From the human T2T-CHM13v2.0 reference genome, Homo sapiens, in the NCBI GenBank assembly GCA_009914755.4, contig CP086569.2:10400001-10464000 (forward strand): 64,000 bases of DNA, in the 5' to 3' direction. The notes under the pieces were generated by a model. That model made no database searches, was not told where the DNA came from, and worked only from the letters and a program-made list of their open reading frames with translations. Positions 1-11,599 of this stretch are shown here, piece after piece; the stretch's first letter is position 1; each line of letters begins with the position of its first letter. The position numbers and the translations under genes were made by a program.

Positions 1-3000
1 TGAATGCACACATCACAAAGAAGTTTCTAGGAATTTCTATATGTAGTTTTTATGTGGAGATATTTCCTTTTCCACAATAGGCCTAAAAGCTCTCCAAATA
101 TCCACTTACAGATTCTTCAAAAAGAGAGATTCAAAACTGGTCAATCAAAAGATAGGTTCATCCTTGTGTAAGTTGACTGCACACGTGGCAAAGAAATTTC
201 TCAGAATGCTTCTGTGTAGTTTTTATGTGAAGATATTTGCTTTTCCATGGTATGTCTCAAAGTGCTCCAAATATCCACTTGCAGATTCTGCAAAAATGGA
301 GATTCAAAACTGCTCAATCAAAAGATAGTTTCCACTCTGTGGGTTGAATGCACACATAACAAAGAAGTTTCTCAAAATGCTTCTGTGTAGTTTTTATGGG
401 AAGATATTTCCTTTTCCAAAATAAGCCCCAAAGCCCTCCAAATATCCACTTCCAGTTCTACAAAAAGAGTGTTTCTGAACTGCTCAATCGAAAGAAAGGT
501 TGCACTCTGTGTGATGAATTCACTCACCGCAAAGAATTCTGTGAGAATGCTTCTGTGTAGTTTTTATATGAAGATATTTCCTTTTCCACAATAGGCCTCA
601 AATTGCTCCAAATATCCACTAGCAGATTGTACAAAAAGAGTGTTTCAAAACTGCTCAATGAAAAGAAAGATTCAACACTGTGAAATAAATGCACACACCA
701 CAAAGAAGTTTCTCAGAATGCTTCTGTGTAGTTTTTATGTGAAGATATTTGCTTTTCCACAGTAGGCCTCAAAGGGCTCCAAATATTCACGTGCAGATTC
801 TACAAAAAGAGAGATTTCAAAACTGCTCAATCAACAGACAGGTTTGACTCTGTGAGTTGAATGCACACATCACAAAGAAGTTTCTCAGAATGCTTCCGTG
901 TAGTATTTGTGTGAAGATATTTGATTTTCCACAGTAGACCTCAAAGCTCTCTAAACATCCCCTTGCAGATTCTGCAAAAAGAGAGATTCAAAACTGCTCA
1001 ATCAAAAGATAGGTTCAACACTGTGAGTTGAAGACACACATAACAAAGAAGTTTCTCAGAAGATTTCTGTGTAGTTTTTATTTGAAGATATCTTTTTTTC
1101 CAAAATTGACCTCCAAGCCCTCCAAATATCCACTTCCAGATTCTACAAAAATAATGTTTAAAAACTGCTCAATCAAAAGAAGAGTTCAATCCTGTGAGAG
1201 GAATGCGCACATCAAAAAGGAATTTCTCAGAATGCTTTTGTGTAGTTTTTATGTGAGGATATTTCCTTTTCCACAACAGGCCACAAAGGGCTCCAAATAT
1301 CCACTTGCAGATTCTACTGAAAGAGTGCTTCTAAACTGCTCAATCAAAAGAAAGTTTCAACTCTCTGAGATGAATGCACACATCACAAATAAGTTTCTTA
1401 GAATGCTTCTGTGTAGATTTTATGTGAAGATATTTCCTTTTTCACCATAGGCCACAAAAGACTCCAAATATGCAATTGTAGATTCTACAAAAAGAGAGTT
1501 TCAAAACTGCTCAACCAAAAGATAGATTCAACTCTGTGACTTGAATGCACACATCACAAAGAAGCTTCTCAGAATGCTTCTGTGTAGTTTTTATGTGAAG
1601 ATATTTGATTTTCCACAGTTGGCCTCAAAACCCTCCAAATATCCAGTAACAGATTCTGCAAAAACAGAGATTCGAAACTGCTCAATCAAAATATAGTTTC
1701 AACTCTGTGAGTTGAATGCACACATCACAAAGCAGTTTCTCAGAATGCTTCTGTGTAGTTTTTATGTGAAGCTATTTTATTTTCCACAGTAGGCCTCAAA
1801 GCACTCCTAATATCCACTTGCAGATTCTGCAAAAAGAGATTCAAAACAGCTCAATCAAAAGATAGTTTCAACTCTGTTAGTTGAATACACACCTCACAAA
1901 GAAGTTTCTCAAATTCTTCACTGTAGTTTTTATGTGAAGATATCTTTTTCTCCAATATAGTCCTCAAATCCCTCCAAATAGCCACTTCCAGATTCTACGA
2001 AAAGACTGTTTCAAAACTGCTCAATCCAAAGAAAGGTTCAACTCTGTGTGGTGAATGCACTCATCACAAAGAAGTTTCTCTGAACACTTCTGTGTAGTTT
2101 TTATTTGAAGATATTTACTTTTCCACCATAGGGTGAAAAGGGCTCCAAATACCCACTTGCAGATTCTACAAGAGAGATGCTAAACTGCTCATTGAAAAGA
2201 TAGGTTCAACTCTGTGAGTTGAATGCGCACATCACAAATCAGTTTCTCAGAATGCTTCTGTGTAGTTTTTATGTGAAGATATTTCCTTTTCCACTGTAGG
2301 CCTCAAATAGCTCCAAAGATACACTTGCAGATCATACAAAAACAGTGTTTCAATACGGCTTAATCAAAAGAAATGTTCAACTCTGTGAAATGAATGCATA
2401 CATCACAAAGAAGTTTCTCAGAATTTACTTTCAGAATTTTAGGTGAAGATATTTGCTTTTCCACGTTAGGACTCAAAGCGCTCCAAACATCCACTGGCAG
2501 ATTCTACAAAAAGAGTGTTTCAAAACTGCTCAATCATAAGATAGGTTCAACCCTGTGAGATGAATGCACACGTCAAAGGGAGTTTCTCAGAATGCTTCTC
2601 TCAATCAAAAGATAGGTTCAACTCAGTGAGTTGAATGCACACATCACAAAGAAGTTTCTCAGAATGCTTTCATGTAGTTTTTATGTGAAGATATTTGCTT
2701 TTCCACAATAGGCCTCAGATGTCTACAAATATCCACCCTCAGATCCTGCAAAAAGAGAGATTTAAAACTGCTTAATGAAAAGATGGGTTCGACTCTGTGA
2801 GTTGAATGCACACATCACAAAGAAGTTTCTCAGAATGCCTCTCTGTAGTTTTTATGTGAGGATATTTGATTTCCCAAGTAGGCCTCAAAGGGCTCCTAAT
2901 ACCCACTTGCAGATTCTGCAAAAAGAGAGATTCATAACGGCTCAATCAAAAGACAGGTTCAACTCTGAGTTGAATGCATACCTCTCAAAGAAGTTTCTAA

Positions 3001-6000
3001 GAATGCTTCTGTGTAGTTTTTATGTGAAGATATCTCCGTCTCCAAGATAGCAATCAAAGCCCTCCAAATATCCACTTCCAGATTCTATGAAAAGAATGTT
3101 TCAAAACTGCACAATCCAAAGAAAGTTTCAACTCTGTTTGAAGAATGCACTCATCCAAAGAAGTTTCTCTGAATGCTTCCGCATAGTTTTTATTTGAACA
3201 TATTTCCTTTTCTACCATAAGGCGTGAAGGGCTCCAAATATCCACATGCAGATTCTCCAAAAAGAGAGATTCTAAACTGCTCAATCTACAGATAGGTTCA
3301 ACTCTGTGAGTTGAATGCACACATCACAAAGAAGTTTCTGAGAATGCCTCTGTCTAGTTTTTATGTGAAGATATTTCCTTTTCCACCATAGGCTTCAAAT
3401 CGCTTCACATATCCACTTGCAGATTCTACAAAAAGAGTGTTTCAAAACTGCTCAATCAAAAGAAAGGTTCAACTCGGTGAGATGAATGCACACATCACAA
3501 AGACGTTCCACAGAATCCTACTGTCTAGTTTTTATATGAAGAAATTTGCTTTTACCCCAGAGGCTACAAAGCAATCAAAATATCCACTTGCAGATTGTAC
3601 AAAAAGAGTGTTTCAAAACTGCTCCATTAAAAGAAATGTTCAACTCTGTGAGCTGAATACACACATCACAAAGTAGTTTCTCAAAATGTTTCTGTCTAGT
3701 TTTTATATGAAGATATTACTTTTTCCACTGTGGGCCTCAAACCCCTCCAAATATCGATTTGCAGATACCACAAAAACACAGAGTCCAAATTGTGCAATCC
3801 AAAGAAAAAGGTACAACTCTGTGGGATAAATGGACACATCACAAAGCAGTTTCTTAGAATGCTTTTGTGTAGTTTTTATGTGAAGATATTTACTTTTCCC
3901 CATTAGGCCTCAAAGCGCTCCAAATATCCTCTTGGAGATTCTACTAAAAGAGTGTGTCAAAGCTGCTCAATCAAAAGTAATGTTGAATTCTGTAAGATGA
4001 ATGAGCACATCACAAAAAAGTTTCTCAGAATGCTTCTGTGTGGTTCTTATGCGAAGATACTTCCTTCTCCACCATTGGCCTCAAAGCACTCCACATATCC
4101 TCTTGCAGATTCTACAAAAAGAGTGTTTGAAAACTGGTGAATGAAAAGAAAGTTTCAATTCTGTGAAATGAATGCACTCATCCAAAGAAGTTTCTCAGAA
4201 TGCTTCTGTCTAGTTTTTATTTGAAGATACTTCCTTTTCCACCATCGGCCCCAAATCACTCCAAATATCCACTTACAGATTCTTCAAAAAGAGTTTTTCA
4301 AAACTGCTCAATCAAAAGAAAGGTTCATCTCTCTGAGATGAATGCACACATCACAAAGAAGTTTCTCAGAATGCTGCTGTATAGTTTTTATTTGAAGATG
4401 TTGCCTTTTCCACTAGTGGCCAAAAAGCTCTCCAAATATCCACTTGCAGATTCCACAAAAAGAGTGTTTCATAATTGCTCAATCAAAAGAAAGATTCAAC
4501 TCTCTGAGTTGAATGCACACATCGCAAAGAAGTTTCTGGGAATGCTTCTGTCCAATTTTAGAGTGAAGATATTTCATTTTCCACAATAGGCCTCAAAGCA
4601 CTCCAAATATCCACTTCCACATTCTACAAAAAGATTGTTTCAAAACTGCTCAATCAAAAGAAAGTTTCATCTCTGTGACATGAATGCATGCATCACAATG
4701 AAGTTTCTCATAATGCTTCCATGTAATTTTTATGGGCAGATATTTCCTTTTCAACCATAGGCCTCAAAGTTCTCCACATATCCAATTGCAGATTCTACAA
4801 AAAGAGTTTTTCAAAACTGCTCAATTAGAGGAAAGGTTCAAATCTGTGATATGAATGCACTGATCACAAAGAAGTTTGTCATAATGCTTCTGTGTAGTTT
4901 TATGTGAAGATATTTCCTTTTCCACAATAGGCCTCAGTGTGCTCCAAATATCCACTTGCTGATTATATAAAAAGAGTGTTTCAAAACTCCTCAATCAAAA
5001 GATAAGTTCAACTCTGTGACTTGAATGCACACATTACAAAGAAGTGTCTCACAATGCTTCTGTGTAGTTTTTATGTGAAGACATTTCCTTTTCCACAAGA
5101 AGCCTGAAAGCGCTCCAAATATCCACTTGAAGATCCTACAAAAAGAGTGTTTCAAAATGGTTCAATCAAAAGCAAGGTTCAACTCTGTGAGATGAATGCA
5201 CACATCACAAAGAAGCTGCTCAGAATGCTTTTGTATAGTTTTTATGTGAAGATATTTCGCTTTCCACCATAGGTCTCAACGGGCTCCAAATATCAACTTG
5301 CAGATTCTACAAAAAGAGTGTTTCCAAACTGCTCAATCAAATGACAGTTTCAACACTGTGAGATGAATGCACACATCACAGAGAAGTTTCTCAGAATGGT
5401 TCTGTGTAGTTTTTATGTGAAAATATTTCCTTTTCCACAATAGGTCTCAAAGCACTCCAAATATCCACTTGCAGATTCTACAAAAAGAGTGTTTCAAAAC
5501 TGCTCAATCAAAAGAAAGGTTTGACCCTGTGTGATGAATTTATTCATCACCAAGTAGTTTCTCAGAATGCTTCTGTGTAGTTTTTTTGTGAAGATATTTC
5601 CTTTTCCACAATAGGTCTCAAAGGGCTCCAAATATCCACTTGCAGATTGTACAAAAAGAGTGTTTCAAAAGGTCTCAATCAAAAGAAAGTTTCAAATCTC
5701 TGAGATAAATACACACATCACAAAGAAGTTTCTCAGAATGCTTCTGTGTAGTTTTATGTGAAGATATTTGCTTTTCCACAGTAGGCCTCTAAGCACTCCA
5801 TATAACCACTTGCAGAGTCTACCAAAAGGGTGTTTCAAAACTGCTCAGTCATAAGATAGGTTCAACCCTGTGAGATGAATGCACACATCACAAAGAAGTT
5901 TCTCAGAATGCTTCTGTGCAGTTTTTATGTGAAGATATTTCCTTTTCCACAATAGGCCTCAGTGTGCTCCAAATATCCACTTGCAGATTCTATAAAAAGA

Positions 6001-6932
6001 GTGTTTCCAAACTGCTCAATCAAATGAAAGTTTCAACACTGTGAGATGAATGCACACATCACAGAGAAGTTTCTCAGAATGGTTCTGTGTAGTTTTTATG
6101 TGAAAATATTTCCTTTTCCACAATAGGCCTCAAAGCGCTCCAAATATCCACTTGTAGATTCTACAAAAAGAGTGTTTCAAAACTGCTCAATCAACAGAAA
6201 GGTTCAACTCTGTGTGATCAATTTATTCATCACCAAGTAGTTTCTCAAAATCCTTCTGTGTAGTTTTTAAGTGAAGATATTCCCTTTTCCACAATAGGCC
6301 TCAAAGGGCTCCAAATACCCACTTGCAGATTGTACAAAATGAGTGTTTCAAAAAGCCTCAATCAAAAGAAAATTTCAAATCTGTGAGATAAATACACACA
6401 TCACAAAGAAGTTTCTCAGAATGCTTCTGTGTAGTTTTTATGTGAAAGTATTTCCTTTTCCACAACAGGCCTCAAAGTGCTCCAAATATCCACTTGAAGA
6501 TTATACAAAAAGAGTGTTTCAAAACTGCTCAATCAAAAGAAAGTTACCACTCTGTGTGATGAATTTATTCATCACAAAGAAGTTTCTCAGAATCCTTCTG
6601 TGTAGTTTTTATGTGAAGTCATTGCCTTTTCCTCCATAGGCCTCAAAGGGCTCCAAATACCCACTTCCATATTCTACAAAAAGAGAGTATCAAAACTGCT
6701 CAATCAAAAGATAGGTTCAACTCTGTGAGTTGAATGCACACATCACAAAGAAGTTTCTCAGAATGCTTCTATATAGTTTTTATGTGAAGATATTTCCTTT
6801 TCCACAATAGGCCTCAAAATGCTCCTAATATCCTCTTGCAGATTCTACAAAAACAGTGTTGCAAAACTGCTCAATCAAAAGAAAGTTTCAACTCTGTGAG
6901 ATGAATGCACACATCACAAAGAAGTTTCTCAG
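1..6932. repeat. Alpha satellite (alphoid) array of about 40 diverged 171-bp monomers, monomeric pericentromeric type. It lies in reverse-complement orientation relative to the usual consensus.
   Basis: A ~171-bp periodicity runs throughout. The recurring monomer motifs are ...ttctgtgtagtttttatgtgaagatatttccttttccacaataggcctcaaag...ctccaaatatccacttgcagattctacaaaaagag...gaatgcacacatcacaaagaagtttctcagaatgc. Monomer-to-monomer divergence is roughly 10–25%. One monomer near 2562–2632 is truncated to about 70 bp. Confidence 0.95.
5366..6734. repeat. Local higher-order duplication of about 4 alpha monomers (~684 bp) inside the monomeric array.
   Basis: Diagnostic monomer variants (..cacatcacagagaagtttctcagaatggttctg.. 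/ ..tgatgaatttattcatcaccaagtag.. / ..gagataaatacacacatcacaaagaag..) recur in the same order at 5366–6050 and 6050–6734. A further 'tttattcatcac' monomer follows at 6565. Confidence 0.6.
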
Positions 6933-7063
6933 GATGATGGCTGAATAGGAACAGCTCCAGTGTACAGCTCCCAGCATGAGCGATGCAGAAGAGGGTTGAT
7001 TTCTGCATTTCCCTGTGATGTACTGGGTTCATCTCACTAGGGAGTGCCAGACAGTGGGCTGAG
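6933..7063 (+). mobile_element. L1 5'UTR fragment, the extreme 5' end of an L1PA-type element, abutting the alpha satellite.
   Basis: gatgatggctgaataggaacagctccagtgtacagctcccagcatgagcgatgcagaagagggttgatttctgcatttcc...ctcactagggagtgccagacagtgggc matches the first ~130 nt of the primate L1 5'UTR (GGAGCCAAGATGGCCGAATAGGAACAGCTCCAG...). The similarity is lost after about 7063. Confidence 0.55.
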
Positions 7064-7419
7064 AAGTCTCTGCACCCCTGAAAGAGTGACTGTGTTGACT
7101 GTTTCCTGAGCTCTGTCATGCCCCAGAAACTTCCAGTAATGCGTGGAAGACCAGCATCTTGTTGGTGCTCTCCTTTCCAGTTTTCAAACAGGCTATATTG
7201 GAGACTCCCCATTTTGCAGGAAACAGGAATTCTTCATCAAGATGTGATGCATGGGACGTTTCTTTTCTCTGTAGTTTCACTCTCCTTGTCTACATGAAAA
7301 TAAACAGGATCCACACACCTACCTGTATGAGACTATTACGGCAACTGTGACACCCACGTGCTCACTAAGATTTGGCAGCCTGATCCTGGGACAATGGTAC
7401 TGATGGTTATCCAGACACA

Positions 7420-8739
7420 CCCCACCACAGTCACTAGCAAACCCACTCCCAAACACACAGACACACACGGGCACAAGCGTGGGAACACAAGCACACACAC
7501 AGACACACAAAGACACAGACAGCTTGAAGGTGAACAAGGGACAGAGGGATGGAGAGATAGAAAAGGAAGGAGAGTGAGAAACAGTGATAGAGAGAGAGAC
7601 AGAGAGGAATTGGGGAAATTGAGAGAGACAGAGAGCAAGCAAGCTGGAGTGGGAAGTAGAGAAATGGAGAGGGTGAAGGAGCTAGAGTGGGAGAGCAACA
7701 GACTTGGAGAGGGAGACTCTGCTCTGGTAGATAGGGGCCCCTTTGGCGAGGGTAGGGTGGAGGGTGCCTGGGCCGGGCTAGAACAGGGGGACAGGGCCAC
7801 CCATGCAGGAAAACCAATGGAGCCCTGAGACGTCTTTTTACTTGGATTGGTTAGTTGCTTTGGGGGTGCGTTTTGTAGCGTCATTCCTTTGTTGGCTCCT
7901 CCCTGTCCTCTTGGTGCTGTGGGCCCTGAAAATTATGGAGTGCACCGGCCCTGTGGTGGAAGCAGTGGCTTCGAGCCTGCCCATGGGCCGCAGCTTGGGT
8001 CTCTCTCACTTTCTGGGTGGTATGGCCATAGACAATGGCAGTGGCATGTGGCTGGCCCAAAAGCACGGTCCAGCTATGTCCACCTGATTCCAGGCATCAC
8101 CATCAACTCTGGGCTGTGAGGCTGGGATCAGGCACCCCAGAGCTGCTTGCCTGTGGCCGGGCTGCTCTCCCCCTCTACGCCCAAGCACCACTAGGCACCG
8201 CGCTGCACTTTCTGCCGACCTCCCACAGTGTCCCCCTGTCGCCGGTGGCTAGACCACATGTGGGACCGCAGAGGTGCCAGAGGCCTCCATCCCCTGCCAG
8301 GGCTCTGGACTCCCCAGGCGGCCACCCTCTCACTGACAGTCCAGGCCTTCCCCTGGCTCTTGAGCTCCTGAGCTTCCAATACCTGGGGCCCACTCAGGAC
8401 AAGATGTGCTCCAAGGCATTAGGGCCCAGGGCCCAGGGTCCTGGGTTCCCCTCTGGCCCTCTGCCTTGCAGTGGAAAAATTGTTTTGGATCCCTCACTGC
8501 CCCTCCTGCAAGGCCCCCTCTTGTCTCACACACCCAGAACCACCAGGGCTGCCCGAGTCGAACAGCTGGCCCAGCCCTGCGGGCCCTTTTTCTCACAATG
8601 CCCACTCCATCGTCGCTTGTCCCAAGGAAGACCTGGCCCATGGCCAACAGAGCAGGAAGGCCCTACTTTGCCCCGCACTGGCATTAGAGCCCCGGCAGCT
8701 TGATCCCAGGAAAGAGGGGCTGACAGACACCCAGAAACA
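7420..8739. repeat. Macrosatellite unit 1 (~1.32 kb). It lacks about 300 bp including most of the 5S-like segment.
   Basis: Bounded by the acacccc/accac landmarks at 7417 and 8737. Only the 5' end of the 5S-like block survives (gggtggtatggccatagac, 8016–8034) before the unit rejoins the D region homology. Confidence 0.7.
8016..8034 (-). pseudogene. Remnant of the 5S-like segment in unit 1, about the first 19 nt only.
   Basis: gggtggtatggccatagac is the reverse complement of GTCTAtGGCCATACCACCC. The rest is deleted relative to units 2 and 3. Confidence 0.4.
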
Positions 8740-10359
8740 CCCCACCACCACCAGGAGCAAACACATCCTCTCACACACAAACAGATACACAGGGGTGCAT
8801 GCACGCAGGCACACACGCACACGGACACACATGGACACACACACAGACAAAGACACAGACAGCTTGAAGAGAGGGATGGAGAGATAGAAACAAAGGGAGA
8901 GATAGAGACAGAGAGGGTGGAGAGACAGGGAGAGAAGGTGACAGAAGAGCGAGAGGTGGAGGGGGAAGAAAAGAGGGTGAGGGAGCCAGAGAGCAAGAGC
9001 GATTGAGCCTTGGAGAGGGAGGCTCTTCCCCAGATATACAGGGCCCCTTTGAGCAGGCCAGGGTAGGGTGGAGGGTGCTTGGGCTGGGCCAAACAGGGGG
9101 GCAGGGCCGTCCAAGGGAGAGGACCAACTGAGCCCTGAGACGTTTATTCTTGGGTTGGTTGGTTACTTTGGGGATGTGTTCGGTAGGGTCCTTCCTTTGT
9201 TTGCTCCTATCTGTCTTCTTGATGCGGTAGGCTCTGAGATTTTCAGAGTGTGCCTGTCCATCTTTCGGGAGCCATAATGCCGAGCATGCTCACAGTGCAC
9301 AAGACCTGGGTCTCTCTTGTGTCCTCGAGAATGGATTTCACACGAAGTTAGTGGCAGTGGAAATCCAAGTGCACAGGGATGGTTTTCCTGGTGGCTGATG
9401 AAGGCAATGTCCCTCCCCCGTGGAAAGCAGCCTATGCGTTGTGGAGCACGGAAAAGTGGAAGTAGAGTCAGGGGGTGGTTGGGAAGCATGGCGACAAAAG
9501 GGGGAAAGAGGGAGCGGGGAGCCAAAAGCCTACAGCACTCAGTATTCACAGGGGGTCTCGCATCCAAGTACTAAGCAGGCCCGACTCTGCTTAGCTTCCA
9601 AGATCAGTCAAGATCCCATGTGTTCAGGGTGGTATGGCCATAAAGGCCCACAGTGGCACCTGGCTGCCACAGGAGCCCAGCTCAGTCATGTCTGCTCCAC
9701 TCCAGGCATCACCGCCACCTCGGGGCCAAGGGGCTCAGATCCAGGGCCCCAGAGCTGCTCGCTCGCAGCCGGGCTGCTCTCCCCATCAAGGCCCCAGCAC
9801 CACTGGCCACCGTGCTGCGCCTTCTGCCGGCCTCCCAGAGCCACCTACCTCGCCTGCGGCCAGACCACGTGCAGGACCGCCATGGTGCTGCCCTGCTGCT
9901 GCACGGGAGAGCCAGAGGCCTCAGTCCCCTGCCCAGGTTCCAGGCACACCAGGTGGCCTCCCTTTTTGCAGATGCTCCAGGGGAGCTCCAGAGCTTCCAA
10001 CACATCGGGCTGGCTCAGGACTGCACGTGCTCTGAGGCATCAGGGCCAAGGGCCCATGGTCCTGGGATCCCCTCCGGTCCTCCTCCTTGCAGCAGAAAAA
10101 TTGTTTTGGATCCCTCTCCTCCCCTCCTGCAAGGCCCCCTCTTACCCCACACACCCAGAGCTGCCAGTGCTGCCCAGGGGCTAACAGCCGGCCCAGCCCC
10201 ACGGGCCCTTTATCCCACAACGCCCACACCATTATCGCTTGTCCCGACGAGGACCTGACCTTGGCCAATGGGGAGGGAAGGCTCTGCTTTTCCCCGTGCT
10301 GGCACTAGAGCCCCAGCAGCCTGATCCCTAGAAAGAGGAGCTGACAGTCACCAAGACAC
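8740..10359. repeat. Macrosatellite unit 2 (~1.62 kb), the most complete unit. It is CpG-depleted.
   Basis: Contains all modules including the full-length 5S-like segment at 9525–9645. Many positions that are CpG in unit 3 are TpG/CpA here. Confidence 0.75.
9525..9645 (-). pseudogene. 5S rRNA-derived segment (121 bp, about 88% identical by eye to canonical human 5S rRNA). Likely a pseudogene or 5S-related element inside macrosatellite unit 2.
   Basis: The reverse complement reads ..GGCCATACCACCCTGAACacatgGGATCTtGaCTGATCTtGGAAGCTAAGCAGaGTCGGGCCTGcTTAGTACTTGGATGcGAGACCcCCTGtGAATACtGaGTGCTGTAGGCTTTTGGC. Length and ends are conserved, including the terminal GGCTTTT T-run. Confidence 0.75.
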
Positions 10360-10524
10360 ACCCCACCACCACCACGAGCAAACCCACCCCAACACACACA
10401 CACAGAGATACACACAGGTGCACGTGCACAGACACACACGGACACACACACCACACCTGGGCACACACACACGGACACACAAAGACACAGACACAGATAG
10501 CTTGAAGTAAGGGAGGAGACTACC

Positions 10525-10972
10525 CCTCATATTGTCTTATGCCCAATTTCTGCCTCCAAAGAAAGAAGAAGTAAAATCTAAAAGGCAGAAATGAAATCCA
10601 CAGCCAGACAGCCCTGCGCCACACCCTGGGCCTGGTAGTTAAAGATCGACCCCTGACCTACTCTGTTATGTTATCTATAGATTACAGACATCGTATAGAA
10701 AAGCACTGTGAAAATCCCTGTCCTGTTTTGTTCTGATATAATTACCGGTGCATGCAGCCACCAGTCACATACCCTCTGCTTCCTCAATCCATCAGGACCT
10801 TCTCACGCGGACCCCCTTAGAGTTGTAAGCTCTTAAGAGGGACAGGAATTGCTCACTCAGAGAGCTCGGTTTTTGGAGATGTGAGAGTGCCGATGCTCCC
10901 AGCTGAATAAAGCCCTTCCTTCTACAACTCGGTGTCTGAAGGGTTTTGTCTGCGGCTCCTCCTGCTACAGGA
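10525..10972 (+). mobile_element. Solo-LTR-like insertion, of ERV1 / LTR2-like type (by recollection of the LTR 3' end), interrupting macrosatellite unit 3.
   Basis: About 450 bp absent from units 1 and 2, inserted between ..gacacagatagcttgaag and the resumed GA-rich module (..ggagagcaagggagacaggaatggagaaatagaa). It contains gctgaataaagcccttcc (a poly-A signal) and ends ..gggttttgtctgcggctcctcctgctaca, a TG..CA-type LTR terminus. Confidence 0.4.
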
Positions 10973-11599
10973 GAGCAAGGGAGACAGGAATGGAGAAATA
11001 GAACCAGAGGGAGAGCGAGAGAGACAGCGATACAGAGACAGAGAAGGGGGGAGGAGAGAGAGGGGGAGGGAAAGAGAGCCCGACAGTAGAGCGCCAGGTG
11101 GAGGGGGAAGTAGAGAAAGGGAGAGGGTGAGGGAGTTGTAGAGGGAGAGGGACAGAGTCATGGAAAGGGAGTCTCTACTCAGGTAGACAGAGCACCTTTG
11201 AGCAGGCCGGGGTGGGGTGGAAGGTGCTTGGGCTGGGCTAGAACAGGGGGTCAGGGCCCCCCACGTGGGAAAACCAAAGGAGCCCTGAGACGTGTTTTCT
11301 TTTTTCCTTGGATTGGTTGGTTGCTTCAGGGGAGCGTTTCATAGGGTTCTTCCTTTGTTTGTTTCTTTCTATCTCCTTGGTGCAGTGGGCCCCGAGATTT
11401 GTAGAGTGTGCTCATCCCTCTGGCTGGAGCCGTGGCGCCAAGCATGTCCACGCAGTGAGGCCTGGGTCTCTCTCCTGTCCTCAGGACTGGAGTTTACACG
11501 AAGTCGGTGGCCTTGGGAAACCAGGTGCACAGACACGGATTTCCTCGTGGCTGGCGAAGACAATGTCCTTCCCCTGGGGAAAGCAGCCCACGGGTTCTG

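Noticed and set aside
1028-6639. ORFs of 62–140 aa throughout the alpha satellite (for example 1028..1450, 4200..4589, 6343..6639), with similar peptide motifs repeated.
   Set aside because: These are an artefact of the 171-bp periodicity: 171 = 57 codons, so a frame that is open in one monomer is open in the next. The peptides recur because the DNA recurs. Alphoid DNA is not protein-coding.
1-6932. CENP-B boxes or a functional-centromere higher-order repeat in the alphoid block.
   Set aside because: Scanning monomers for TTCGTTGGAAACGGGA or its reverse complement, I found only diverged versions (ccttttccacaataggcctc), so there is no intact CENP-B box. Apart from one local 4-monomer duplication the monomers are individually divergent. 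This is a monomeric flanking layer, not an active HOR array.
7319-9127. Multiple overlapping ORFs at 7319–7884, 8526–9127 and 10348–10530 giving Cys/Val/Ser/Leu-rich or Glu/Arg/Gly-rich peptides.
   Set aside because: They are translations of the (CA)n-like and (GA)n-like modules of the macrosatellite unit on both strands. These are simple-repeat artefacts.
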